A stretch of 64,000 nt of DNA, from positions 6,708,791 through 6,772,790 of the forward strand of contig CM082596.2 of the NCBI GenBank assembly GCA_040954595.2, written 5' to 3'. Positions within the stretch are counted from its first letter, which is position 1. Each line of letters begins with the position of its first letter. This DNA comes from Balanoglossus misakiensis (taxonomy: Eukaryota > Animalia > Hemichordata). Below are positions 10,301 through 25,300 of the stretch, in pieces. The notes beneath the pieces are model-generated. The model made no database searches. It saw only the letters and a list, made by a program, of their open reading frames with translations, and had not been told where the DNA came from. A program made the position numbers and the translations under genes.

Positions 10301-13300
10301 AAATGGCACATATCTCAATTCCTACTGAAAGCTTAGCTGTGGCCGATACAATCACTTTTTACATATTAAGATTTCAATGACAGACAAAGGCATCTAATAA
10401 AGCAAGCTACACCAAATAAATTGAAGGCTGAGATCGTGTAACAGATGCTGACAGGTCATTCGAAAGACAACATTGGTAGTCCCAACATTCAAAGGTCATT
10501 CTGGATACAGCTAGCACAGTGAAACCATCCCAAGCATTCACAGCCCCTGCGTTCACTGGTCACTTCTTACCTGTATCTTGAGTTTGGCCATCTCCGCCTC
10601 GTTGACAGCGTTCTTGTACTGGCTTTCCTTCAACTTCAACCGGATGATGTTGATGTCTTCCGTCGGCGAGAGGGGTTCGTCGGGACTCTCACTGCCGCTG
10701 CTCTCGTCCAGTTCAAACGTCTCTTGGACGAGCTCATCCTCGTCCGAACCAGACTCGCTGTCGTGTTCTGCAGATTGCTGGAAAATTAAAAAGACATTGA
10801 ACACTCAGTGAGAAGAAATTTGCTTAATTTCCTTTAAGGGGGTTTCCAACACTCTCTAATTTTTACATCACAGTGCATATTGTATATAACAGGTCATTTG
10901 GGAATAAAATTTCATGATATGATCAAAGTCAAATGACTATTCTGAATAAGAAAATGTTTAAAAGTGCTAGATGTCATAGGTCACCAGGGGTCAGAGTTCA
11001 AGGCTTCAGGTACGAATTTACATCTATGTACAAGTTTGGATTAAACAGCCAGACCTATACCTGTAATACTGATTTCATGATTCCATAATCATTTATTTTC
11101 ATATTGCAAACATTCTATTCTTCAGAGGACAGGTTAAGCTGTACTCCAAAACTGAATACAACATGGACAACGTACTTGTGTATATTTTCTTCTTACCTGA
11201 ATATTTTCCTTCGGTTGAGGAGTAGTCTCTTGTTTCAGTGATTGCTGAATCAGCCTGGCAACTTCACTTGTGCCATCTTGCTCTTTCTCCCTGCCAATTA
11301 AAAACCTAAATCAGAAAGAAAAGAGATATTAACATCATTTATATGTTCTTGAAAGTTTAAGTTTGTCATCGGTTCAGGAGACACAAGAGCATATCTTCGC
11401 GGTAAACTAAATTTCTCTTTATGCGCAGAGACTTGGTATGTATTATGAAACAAATGCTACCATTTACTGTCTTATCAAGATAGGTATCCTTTTTTTAGAG
11501 AACATAAATAAAATATACTAAAAAAATAGTTTACATTTTTCAAAGATGCCGGTACTGAATACTGATGCAAATCCTAGAACATAAGTCAGTTCTGTCGGGA
11601 GCTACGCTGTCGTCTTAAATAAACACAACAAATAAATGACACGAGCAGCTCAGCTTGGCACATGCAACGAGTGTAGTGTCATCGGCCTCTATGCAGACAG
11701 CTTGGCTGCGACATGACAGTGCGTGTGGGCATCACAAGCCCAGCTGCTATACATTCGCATGAGCTGTGTTAAGTTAGTAAAATGTTTTTGGGGGGTGTGT
11801 GGTGGGGGGAGTTCTACGTTCTCCAGACCTCTCGGCCACTAGCATACCTGACTTTGCCACTGGTGTTTTTTAAGACTTGAGCTGCATAGCTTTGTGTTAC
11901 ACCTACGAGGCTCTTGCCGTCAACTTCTATGATTTGGTCGTTGACCGCAATCCTGCAAGCAAACAATTCACAATAAGGTTGGTGACGGGCGTTGACTACC
12001 GACAGCCGGGCGCACTCGGGGGATTTGGGCTGGTCAGGTGGGGGACTGGTTCATCAGATGCCGAGAAATATCACAAACTCATCAATGTAAGATAACAATT
12101 ATGACTTTGTCCACTTCTAAAACACTGACAAATATTGGATATTTCTTGGCACTGACAACATGCAATGGTTTGTTAGGAAGTCACGTACTGTAATTGAAAA
12201 TTTATTGGATTAGAATCAATTCCATGCTGAAGCTGTTAGAACTCACAACCCCATCTTCTCCAAAACTTGGAAGGATCCCCAACACTTTCCGTCGCAGGAT
12301 CATTCCAGTTTGAAGTGGGTCGATCGTAGGGGTGCGGGGGTGAAGTACATGCATGCCTGTTTGTAGAAACTTGTTAAAAATTCTCAGCTCCTGTCACTTC
12401 AACCCTGGTCTAGTCCCAATGTCTGCTTTGATGTGGATGGAACCACATTCAAGCAAACGGGGGCCACAGCCTGGCCATTGACCCATTTGTTCATTCACAC
12501 GTACATGTGTATCAATCACCCCACTGTCTATCCATCTGTCAATCATTCAGGACATTCTTAACCCATCAACCAACCCCCACACACAAACCCCACCCTTCCA
12601 CAACATTTGTACCTGCACATCACTTACATTGATTGTACACCCATCCAGAATCACCCAATACCACATACATGTACAGTACACAGCCAACACCACCCACAGC
12701 CCAAGCCTTACCTGCCGTCTTTTTGCGCAGCACCGTTTTCCGTGATAGTTTTGATGAAAATCCCCAGTTTCTCAAGACCAGCGTCGGCACCGACACCCAT
12801 CCCGATGATGCTCAGACCGAGGCCTTCTTGACCTGCAAGACGATCACAATCCATACCTCCAGTGAGCAACGTACACCACAAAAAACGATAGACAAATCTC
12901 CACACAATTCTGGAGTAAAATTCTCCAGCAATCTTGGCTAACACGTACGAAGACAACCCAGTGGTATGGAACTCTGGAATGCAGACGTCTATTTATATCA
13001 TTCAGCCCGACTGCGCGATCACAGGGGACTGCAAGTCCTCAGACCACAACTATGCTGCTGAAAGAAGAACTGATCTCCGAACGTTATCACACAGTTACAG
13101 TCTCAACTATTTCTGGTCACAATGCAGAAATCACTCACTACTTGACCATGGCTTTCTTGCTAGCGGGGAGGTTACTCTTTTTGGAAGGGTGCCACATGTT
13201 TTGGATATCATACTTCAGTTTTAAACTCCAGCTGTTAGATATTTTCGTGACCACCTTTTTACTCAACGGGCCAAGAAAAACATGGCCTAACACTGAACTT

Positions 13301-16300
13301 GTATTCGTAAACCTGACTCTCGTAATCACCACATGGTTTTCAGACCAACAGATATAGAAAACTTGACCCTGGGTCGGGTGGGCTGGCATATACCCACACA
13401 CATTTGTAGCACTACCATGGGTCTAGCAATGTACCGCTAGGCTTCATTGGCTATCACAGATAAAGTCCAGAGTAAATTATGTATGTGTATCCCCTATGAA
13501 ATAAAATAACAATTTCTGTGTGCACAGATATGATTATAAGACTGGTGATTACAATAATACATGTGTATTCAGCAGTCTCACTGCAGATGGTCAACTTCGC
13601 TATTTTTAAAATTCCTTTCTGGGCATACATCTGGAGGGGCTCTTTTGTATGGAAATATTCTGACTAATTTTAGCATTTTCCTTCCACGGTCATGGTAGCA
13701 TTTTTTTATCCAGATGTGCATTCAAATGGGATGACCCTAACGCAATCTGTATCTCATTACTCATTCTCTGCAGAGAAAAGAAGTGCTCTAAATTAAAACA
13801 GTCCTTGAAGGGCTTATGCTGCTACAGATGATAACAATATGTGCTTGATTAGGCGGAAGTACATTTCTGAATGCGAGTCATCACCCCCTGAAAGCGGGCA
13901 TCATTATTTTTGTCCTTCCGATAATTCACCAGCAATTATGCCGCGATGTATCAAAGTCGAGAATGCAGTGCCGGGAGGGGCGTTAAATTTGTCACCGACT
14001 CGCGCTATCACTTGGCAGGAAGGAAATCGAGAGTCTGGACCGATTAGACGTTCCTGTCTGAGGTTCATCGAAACTGGGAACTTCCGTAAAATCTATTCTA
14101 AAGACAAATGTCTGGTTTAACACTGTGCGTTATCATCACGTTTCTCATAATCTTGCATTGACAAAAACACTTGAGCACTTTTAGCTCTTAAGTTTGTCAT
14201 CTCTTTTGAATAATAAAAAAATAAAAGGAGATAAACCCAGATTAACTGGCCGAGAATCTTTTTTCAATGAAGATTACAGTTCTCAAATTTACTTATACCT
14301 GAAATTCAAAATGGCTGCAAAGATTTGTATTAAAGGGAAAGAGTCATTAACATTTTCATATTAATTCAGATAAATTTGATGTGAAACATACATCAGTAGA
14401 TGCTCACTGATATTTAAAGTTTGGATCCTTGGATGCAAGAGCTCAATTCCCTCCCTGAGTGTAAAACTTGCAAAGGGCTTATTTGAATTGGTGGTGGAAT
14501 ACTTCTCACGGCTTGTATATTTATGCTGACAGAAGAATTTTTCTGGTCAGCTGCCACTGTATAAACATAGCCGACTCCATCCTCACCACCTCCCATCTGT
14601 GGTAAATGGAATCACTCAGACATGCACAAGACTAGTCCGGTCCAGTGTACTACAAACTGCACCCTGGTATCACATTTTAAAATATACTTCTGCTATATAG
14701 TGAACTAACATATCTGTGACATTTGCAATGGGTGTGCATTCATTGATAATCATGCAGCAATATTACACATCCTTGGCATTTGCCGCTGATCTCAATCTCA
14801 ATCTGAAACGGCTTTGACCCACGACTGACCTTTTTCCAATTCCACAGGGAAGACGTCCATCCGGTCCACCCGCTTCTCCAGTTCGTATTCTGCCGAGGCC
14901 GCAACTGGATCGACATCGTCATTCCGTCTGTCGTAGTCCTCAAGTGCATAAGTTGAATATACCTGAAACGAAGCATACAAATGTTTCCATGAATATGAGA
15001 AAATCCAACGTTTTTCAGTAAGAAATTGGGACTATACCACCATATGCTATTTGACATTGACAAATTTATCAAAAACTGTCTCGTTTTATAATATATATGC
15101 AGGCATATTAAAAATCTATATGAACTGGACACCAAAGGGGCTTACAACACTGTTCAGTTGACAGGGGTGTCAGGATTATGGAGGTTTCTTAAAATTGTCC
15201 TCTAGACAGACAAAGGTGTTCAGTGTAGATACAATGTACATGTTGTAGGTTCCGGGATTAGACAGCATTGCCTGATTGAAAATCACTCCAGAATTGCAAA
15301 CTTTGGATTCAGACTGTGTTTTCTGCGGGAGATGGAAAATCCAGAGAAGTGGTTGCCATGGCGACATCATCCAGGGGATTTGGGAGGGCTTTTAAGTGTG
15401 TACAGTATTATCGGCTGTGCTTTCGACTCAATTTTACAATTACGATCGGAGTTGCAGATAGTCCATGCAAATGGTTGTACTGCATGAAAATTGCAGCATA
15501 GCACGGATGATGGTTGAGGCATCAAAGAGGTGTACATGTATACAGACGGACAAAAGTTCAAAATGTTCCAAAAAACCTTGGTAGAAGGAACATGCAAATT
15601 CACCAATACCAAACAACAAAACTACGACCCCCCCCCCCCCCCCCCCAACTCCAACTGATGCTTTAAACATTCCAGCCAAATATGACCAAACACAGATTTG
15701 GTGATGAGGACCCTTAGCCAATGAAAATGCTCGACATCTTTCTCCATGTGTCGACATTTTACCAGCCATTGTCAAAACTTCCACAAGACCATCTCGTAAT
15801 TTTCTGGCAGTTTTTTTTAAGCTTTTCAAGTTTAATAAGTTACAGTCAAGCTACAATGTATACGGACTGAATACGGCATGTACGTATCCTCTGGTGTACC
15901 CTCCTCAACATAACAAAACCATTTAGCATTCCACGGCCGACGAAAAGGTGTTAGTCTGAAGTCCACTCTATCAGCCGTAACACACAGATCGCTCAGAAGT
16001 GGGGAAATCACTGTGGCAAGTGCACAACAGAATACACAAAATCTAAGCTCTGACTTTTAAAATGCACTAAGACTTTCAGAACCCACAACTCAGCTCAGAG
16101 TTTTAACATTGTGCTTTTAAATTAAGAGCCCTGGCACTCATGACTACTGATGACATTTCTACGTCTAACATTCCGTATCAGAAATATGTATATCTCATAT
16201 CTAGGTATCAAGATACGCTCGGGTACACACACGCACGCACAGATCAATATAATCTAATAAAAACCCCATTCATCAAAGAAATGTAATTTGGAAATGACCT

Positions 16301-19300
16301 TGAACTTCCCCTAGAGACCCTGAATAAACTTTGATTATTAATTCTCAAAAAAACTCCATAAATGACAAACACAAAACCAGGGGCGAAAATTTACATTTCA
16401 GCGCGATAAGCTCGGAGTCACGATATCGCAAGAGTCCATTTTCTTTGATCTCCGCACTTAACAAAGAAAGTCAGTAAACAGTCGCGGTGCACAAACTGAG
16501 CGCTTATTCATTAAACTTCCCTTTTGTGAACCGAAATTTCTTTTTCTGGTATTCATAGAACTGAATGTGATGGATATATTAAAACCATTCTCAGGCTGTA
16601 ATGCGCGTTACGATGCGCTGTGAAATGTGCTGTAAAATGGATATTAAACCCACAGAAGTGAACTTCCAGATTCGGACAAAACATTATCGATAACGCCTTT
16701 TTGGCAAACCGTCATATTGATCGGCCCGTTTTCAGCATTTTACAAAGAATTGTACGAAGTCAATACTTCACATAATGGGGCAATTCTTTCGGTGTATGGG
16801 TTTTGTTTACTGAAGAAAAAAATAGGCACTGAATTGTGCTGAGTTTATCAGATATACTCTTGTGTGTCATATTGAGCGTGAGTGATGCAAAGATTGTCGC
16901 TATGGCGACACTGGTAACCGAGGCTTTTGGTTACCGGTACTTTTTGTACCTATTCAGACTCTTTTACTACTCTGTGATTTTTTTCTTCTGTAAACTGATT
17001 CAGAACACTGAACAAGTTTTTTCCTAATTTCTGACGTTGCTAAGTGCTAGCTCTGGCAAGACTTACATTTGATTGCCAACTGCCCATCACATGATGAATA
17101 CATAAGTCCTCATTCCCATGAGATTTTTATGATAGGAAAAATGAATAATAATATTGCCTTGACCGCAATTTTATTAACAGGCCGGAAGATTAAATTAAAA
17201 ATTATTGATCCACAGCGTCTTAATCAGAAAAGTGCCTTTCACAAATCTCAATGCATGAATGGGTTCCAAGTGCAACAGATGACCCTTAGGTCAAAAGGCA
17301 AAGGTCAATGGGAAAATTTTATAGCAGCAGCACCTGGGTGCCAGAATACTAAAGAATGTCACTATACCAGATTTCTATGCTTAAACTCACTGAAAATTCC
17401 GGAAGTTTCCAGGACTCTTTCCGGTGGTTTTCCAGATGTATTTGAAATCAAAACACTATATTCCAGGAGAGACTGTACAGTGATTTTGTTGCGTTTTCCT
17501 TCTATAACAGTTTTATCCCATTATGAGAAAACTCAATTAATTCATTAGAATTTTCCAGAAGTAAATTTCATTTTTCCAAGGATTATTGATGACCTTCCAG
17601 TAGTAGTTTCAAACTCCAGGATTTTTCCAGATGTGTATGAATCCTACACTCCTCAACAGACACCCCTTTCCTGACAGACTCTCCCTGAAACCACGTACAG
17701 CACCGGCTGACCCTGACAATGAAAATGCCAGCAGAAAAAAACCCAACCAGATGGTCTTATCCGAAACTGATAAAACTGACGTCTATTTCAAAAGACTTTT
17801 ACTGGACTAAAGTAGTTCTGCCCGATAAGGCGACAGAAAGCACCGTTTTGCAAGGACACCGATCTTTTATTGCCATCATACCAATATCTCCACCTGTTCT
17901 GATTATTTTTCCAGGTCTGCATGCATTTACACAGCACTACTTTTCCTGCTCTTACAAACGTGTTATCTTCTCTTGCAATGTACATGATTAATGTTGAAAT
18001 ATACATGTTAACGTCCATTACGTATAAAGTCTCAGAGGTCGGTGGCATTAAACACTGCCTAAAGTGCCCAATGTGAACCATTGTATTATGGGTAAAGTGC
18101 TCTCTAAGTCCCATCCAAATTGACGTGGACATTATAATGATATACTAGTCACTTTTCTATACATTCAAAGTTTTTATAGAAACCCCCTGCAGTTAATTGA
18201 ATATTTCCACAAAAAAATGTGAAATATTTATACCTATCAGTATCAGAATAAATTTTATCATGGGTTTCAGACGTCGTTTGCAAAGAACATCTGTTACATC
18301 AGAGAAGAACTTATTTAGGATAAAACTGGCATGTTCCGGAACCTCACCGCCGAATAATGAAGGAAACCTGAATATAATTTACCCAACGATACACATCTCA
18401 AAGCACCCCGTGAGAGAACACAATAAGGTGTGATGATTCGCAATCAAACACAAACCCATCCATCACTCAAAGCAGCCTGTATCTTGACAGCTCACTCCTA
18501 ACCTCTCATTGTCAATGCCTGTCCTGACTTTTATGCCATCTTGATACAATTGAACATTTAACCTTACAGATAATAGCTACTACGCTTTGTGCCGAAGTTC
18601 CAATGTGTTATCTTACTCACAGCTGCAGTACTGGAGATGAAATCTTGCATGTGGCGTACATACACTGCACAGACCTGGTTTAGATAACCCACAATTCAGT
18701 TCCAGTAAAACATCGCTCTCATTTTAAAATATCCAGGCATGCAAGAATCGGCATAATTTCTCATAGCACTTTTACCCTGTAACACGCCACGACCCTGACT
18801 GCACCAGCTATGTCAATTTCTTGAATATGACCTCCGCTGAATTAAACATATCGATGACATTTCATTCGAGGTGGAATGATACAGGTAGAGTCACCGTGCC
18901 CCGGTTTGACATACACAAGGCCAATATGTAAAATCTAACCAATTTTCCTCAGACTATTTTTTGCAGGTACTACTCAGTGCCCACTACTGTAGCAACACTA
19001 CGGTCCAGACTCACTCCCGCAGCTCGCTGCCATGGTAACCATACAAGCCCGCGCCCCAACCTGTCCCGGGGCAGTCCAAACTCTGTCGGCAGTTTGCCTT
19101 TATGCTGAGGAAAATCAATACTGACTGTTTCAACAAAAGCCCAATTCCATCAATAACGTAAAAGAAAACAGCGCTCTGCAATTTTCCATTCATAAGTTTG
19201 CATTACAAGACGGAAAACATTTTAAAATTAGATGCGATCAAACAGTCGGCATTTTATTCTAATGGCTATATTGACTGATAAAAAATAACAAGAAAATCAT

Positions 19301-22300
19301 GCAAAGCTACTTGGAGAAATTTAGATTAAAAATGAAAAAAAATTCTACAATTTGTACTGATTTTGTTCCTTTTAATTCCTTCTCGGAGTTTTAAATCTTC
19401 AGTTTATTATCAGAATATCTGAATGAAATATCCATTCAGTGAATTGACAGTTACGCATAGACTTTGAAATGCACTGTGAGTATATTTATATTCTGATAAT
19501 TCACTAACGCGACTCTTATGAGATTTCCCTCTATTTAATTAAAATTTACACATGATCAAATTTGCATTTCACAAATGTAATTAAGCTGGTTTCACCGGCA
19601 GAATAGACTTTTCTCCTTTCCAGAAGAAAATCTGTAAATCAGATCTCCACAACTTAAATCATGTAGTTGTGGACCAATATTGAAATTTTGGAAAATCCTC
19701 TCTACCGTGGTTCTAACATGAACTTTTTTTAGAGTTTGCAAAATGCACCTTGTACTGTCCAAACACTAAATTCAGCAATATATAGAAAACATACATGCTG
19801 CCATATATGTAAGTTTTTATTTTTGCTTTCTTTTTTTTCACATATTGTGTACAGTATTTCATTAATCTGAATGGATAGCTCACAAGATTTATTTCCCTGG
19901 TTATAGAAAATTCATTGTCTGGGCCTTAAAAAGTGTGAGCTGTGAGTTTCTCCCTTTTTGCTTTTAAATACTCTGGTAAATATTTCCTGATGAATTCTGA
20001 CTGAGATAGACTTCTCATCTTACACACCCAAGCTGAGAGTTATTTCTCTGGCACTCAGATCACCCTGACACGTCTGCAGTCTCGTCTCACTTTTAATCAA
20101 CATGCTCAGTTCGTTACTGTTCATTAAATTAAACCGTTGATTGAATTCTTATAACGCTGTCTCATTACATGCAATGGAGGATGCGTTTCGAAATTCTGTA
20201 CTGCCTTCAAGTTTGCCTATATTGTACAACTTTTCTGTACATTTACACTATCCCCACTCCATTCAGATTATTACATGTCTTGCACAGAAATTATTGTTTC
20301 TGATGGAAAGATAAAATCATGACACTACCTTGGCACTTAACACACAGTTGCACGTTTCTTTTCAATTTTAATAACTCGCAGTATTAAATTGAATTTTTTT
20401 GAGGGAGTCTTGCCAAAAAATATCAATTGCAAGTCACATTTGCATTGGGAACGTGACTCCCCATTGATATCAGAGATCATATTCATCGATGTGTATTTAG
20501 CTTAATACACACTAGCTGCATACCACATGTTATATGACCGGAGCAATCAAAAGCTGCCATGTTTTCATCATATTTCAATAGTGAGGTGTGTCCCACAGCA
20601 ATTGATGATAATTTGATGTTTAATTAATAACCCTTGAGTAGAATTCGTTTTGAAAAAAAAAATTAATTGCAGCCATCAGAATTTTCAACATGTGCATATT
20701 GAATTCTGTCAAATGAAGTCAAGGCTAGACTAAAACTCTAACATACAGAAATACGACCAGCACACAAACGAAGCAGACATTTCATTTTGTGGTTTTAAAA
20801 TAATGATCACGTTCAATTAACTGTCTAGCTGTCGAAAACATATAAGCGGGACATGGTTGGCAAAATCTCTCATACACCTATTTCATTCACAAGAACAATT
20901 TAAGCTCGGCATGAGGTAATCTATTTGACTAAACTAGCACGATTTAAAAGTATTATTGTAAAAGCACTCCACTTCATAAGATTCTAGTGTAGAGCATATT
21001 AAGAATACAAATTCCATGCCTGTGTGTGGTGCAAATGTGGTTAAATTTCAGCCAATACCGATTTCCCCTGTTGAGATGTCTTTCAATATTCTGCAAAGTG
21101 CTTGTTAGTTTTCGCCCCGTACATAATGTACTTGTGTGTTTTCCCCTCATTTGTGTTACTTTAAATTGGCACATTATCACATTCTATGATTAGAATGGTG
21201 CCGACTTCAGTGCCAGAGAATGACTCAACGTTCTGGTTTTAAGGACACGACGTAGTAGATAGCTCATTTGTGCATGAGAGTTACAGCCACTGCGGGCAGA
21301 CAGCATATCCAGGAGGTCCCCGGCTGACAGCAGACTAGACTTGCCCCAGCTGTGAGAACATTGAAGAGCTCGACAAGGGGGGACTTGCGGCTTCTGCGGA
21401 GTAAGTCCAAGGTCACAGGTAGTGCGTAACAGAGACACTCTCTGCATGGTAAAGACAACATGTGGGTTTCTCAAAACAGATGGGCTTCCCTGACAATTAA
21501 GCCAAACACACGACGACTGTCAGCCTATTCTCAAAACAGGACAAGAAACTATACTTCATGAAGACAACAGTTATTGCTGAGAAATAGGTTACCAATGGCA
21601 AGTAACACTGAGCTACCCTTCTGCTCCTCTTAATAGCCCTTTCAGCACCATGGTTTGGTCCAAATACATCGTTTTCTATGGTAAACCCGGACCTCTATAG
21701 AGGGAACTGGGGGTGAAAGGGTTAAACAAATCTCTATTGGGTAAATTGGCTGAATGAGAGAGACTTATCACTTTCAGAATCCAACTGAGACTGCAGGATT
21801 ATCCATTTAGTTATCAGTATGAGCGGTCCAATATGTCAAAGTGTTGGCAATTCACTGTAAGGGAAATGTTTATATCCAAATGGGCATAGTTTTAGTACTT
21901 GTCTGTTGATATTTTGGCTTTCTCGCGGGGCACGCAGAACACCAATTCATCCACATGGGACAGACAGGTTGCCCAGGTAACCGCTTAATTAAGATTTCCT
22001 TTGCCCCGTAATCGAGAAATAGTCACTTTAATGACACCACTTCAAATTCTATAATCGGTGCTCACATTCTACGCAATATACTCTCAGCTCTTAACCTCCG
22101 AACTAAACTGCAAATTTGACATTTCAGATCTGGTGGCCTGCCAAAACGGTTGCCAGGGAACGTGTACATGCTAGTGAAATCTTCAAATGACCTCTGACCT
22201 GTACACTTTGACCTGAATGTCCTGTCAAGCCTTGATTCAGGTGAAAGTCATCATAATAACACCTGCCAATAATTCAATTACTTCATTAAAAATTGAACAA

Positions 22301-25300
22301 AGTGCCTCAAACCAGGACCCGAGAATGATATTGATAAAAAGCGACGATTAACTCTTAAGATATCTAAGCTCCCTAAAAAACAATCGAAAACACCAATTTG
22401 CAACGAAATGAAAAAAAATTCATCAAAGTAATCTAAATATCAAACATCGGTGGCCACTTCCTACTCTAAATGGGATAACTGGTTTACATTCACCGGCTGA
22501 AATGTTGACTCAATCATAAAAAGCAGTTTGTTTTTTCCATTAATCGGCTAGCTATTTTAACAATGTCGCCGCAATTACAAAACCGCAGCTATTTCCTTGC
22601 CGGCTTTCTTTCAACCGTCAGATCCTTTTCAACTGTCAGAATCCAAAGGTCGGCAGTTCCATTTTTAAACTCTTTATGAAGAGCTCGATCAATTAGGAGA
22701 GAGAGAGAAAAGAGATGATTTTCTACTCCATTACGTTTGTTCACACATAAGTGAGGTTGACCCTGCCCGCCCACATCTACATTGATTTTTGTCAATTTGT
22801 CCGCTTCCACCACAGAAAATGTGTAGGCAGTGCAAGTTGTATGATTCCACAGGACACAGTCATGTGAACTGTAAAATGGTCAGTCAGTTACAATGGTCAG
22901 ATAACGTTGCCACTGACAGAAAACACTCTCATTTTATGACACTTCAATATACTTCTAATCTGTAAACCTCACTTCATTCCTTCCTCAATATCACAAGACA
23001 CCCCCGCATTTTTACCCCTCTCAACTCAGAACCCCTCCACTCCCTCCTCCCCAGTCTTCCCACTAGAGGACACCCCTTAGACCAAGAGGACACCCTTCAC
23101 AACATGTGTCACCTTCATCCCCCCTCCCCCACATCTCACTGAACCCCCTCTCAAATGAAACACCCACTCTTGTTTCTCTAACATGGAAAATTTAACCTGC
23201 ATTCTCCATCCATTCTGCTTTACCTATTCTCCTCCCACCCCACACACCCTGAAACACCTGCCAAAAATATCCTCAATACCAGCTTAAAACACTGTTTTGT
23301 TTGCCTTAGGAAAAGTTCATCCGACCAGCAAATGATTCAAAATTAATCATCAAAACATTATGGATCGCTGAATAGAAGTCTTTTTTAACGTCAAGGTTTT
23401 ACTTACGAAAACAGAATAAAGAAATTTGACTTTCAACCTGTCACACTCTAAATACAAATCGACCATGAATGGAGCTGCTAAACAATTCGTATTATTTTAT
23501 TATTATTTTTTTGTACGTCAGAACTCAACAATAAGCTTCCCCTAGCCAGTCATTCCAATGAAATCTTGATTACAGTGGCATTCATTCAATATTACATGAC
23601 TCTACATTATTTTGACAACTTCTTTCATAATTTATGGCTGTTAAAGACACGGACGTGTGAACTAATTTCTGTTCGCACACACAATGTAATTTGACATGGG
23701 TTATGGCATATACTATTTAGCCAACGGGCACGTCCAGGTCATTAATTCCAGAGTTCTCCCTGGGGCAATTAGAGAGTATGGGCGGGATACCCTTTAATTT
23801 TAGAAAAACAATAGAAATTCATTATCATAACAATTGATTGAATTGTTATGTAAATTAGCCAATCGGTAACAGGCATTCCGGGGGAGAATTTTGTATTTTG
23901 CACTTTCTGAGGTTCTGAATAATCTATCTGAATAATCTACAACGACACAAGGCAGTCAACTTTGCAGAAATGAGTCAGCTGGGATAGAAGTTGGATGACA
24001 CTTGGTGTAATTCAGACCATTCATTGCATTTCCAAAATGTTACAGACATCAGCGCCTTCGAGTGACTTAAAAACTCAAGTCAATAAAGTCTGGATGTCTT
24101 AAAACAGCCAAGCAATGAATGCAAAACATACTTATCAATATCAGAAAAAAATTCTTTAAAAAAAATATTGATTAGAAAAATTATGAAGAGAGCCAGGGAT
24201 CTGCACGTAATATGCAATTTATTTTCTTGTGGATATTTGATACGACACGTTGCGTTTAAACTATTGGCCCTTAGATAAAATTGGCATCATTAGTAAGATT
24301 GGATGGTCTGTCATTAGTAAACTGAGCAGACGCCTCTCGATTTCAGTCACACATGACTGCCAGTCTTTGGCAGCCGAGATGGATCGAACTGGGAGTGAAA
24401 TTTATCAGCCCACGACAGAAATATATTGACATAACACTGCTATCAAATGGCATCAATTTTTATAAAGAATTGCTATAAAAAAAGAAACATTTTTGCCAAC
24501 TTGCAAGAGTTGCCAAAAGTGGACCAAACTGAAAAGAATATTTGATCGCCGCATCGGATGGATACTTCGCAGAGGGATGGGGGAGACAGACATAGACAGA
24601 GATGCCCAGAGACAAGCAGGGACGGGGAGGGGGGGGACGTACCTCTTCCACGTAGGGGCTGAAGTGCACCCTCTTCTGTCGAATCGGGAAGTGAGCCGCT
24701 CGCAGGGGAAGCGGTGATGAAACCACAAAACCTGTTGTCATGAACATCGCGGACATCTATTGGCATCCTCCTCATAAGAGGCCTAAAATATTTTCCTCTC
24801 TCTCTGAACCTTCCAGCGATATTTCACAAATCCGGGACAGAGACGCGGCAGTGCGGGAATGACCTTCCCATTCCTCATCAGCCACTGTGTTTGTTATTGT
24901 ATTCCGTCAGCGCATTCCGGCATCTCCAGCCTTCTTACAACCGACTGCACAGCCAGCACCACTAGACGCACACGGAACACCAAGCAAGACCTCACCAAAG
25001 AACAGCATATCCGTGGCGGGAATGTCCCATTTAGACACAAGGGGTGGCTAGTGACTGCTCTTGGAAACTGAAATGGACTAGAGCATTTTCAGTACGTAGG
25101 GGTGGCAAGGCTGTGTGACCACCAATCGGGACAAAATGACGAGCGCCAAATCACCAGTGATGAAAACCACAATCGTTTGCCCTTGAGAAACGCACAAAAA
25201 TATTTACCCCAGAAAAGTGTTGCCTGCAAGAAAATAACTGAATGGTCCACTGTAAATTATTCCTTTGATATGTGAAATTAATCCACAACCAGCATAGGCT

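Noticed and set aside
8122-12941. Plus-strand ORFs overlapping the exons
   Set aside because: Antisense shadows of the minus-strand coding exons
13139-13211. [30 protein letters not shown] with a phase-1 gtgagt donor
   Set aside because: In frame with core exon 3 but would break the PDZ fold; no promoter-like context
17380-17640. TTTCCAG-rich degenerate tract within a 159-aa ORF
   Set aside because: Probably an old repeat; no termini or protein similarity recognisable
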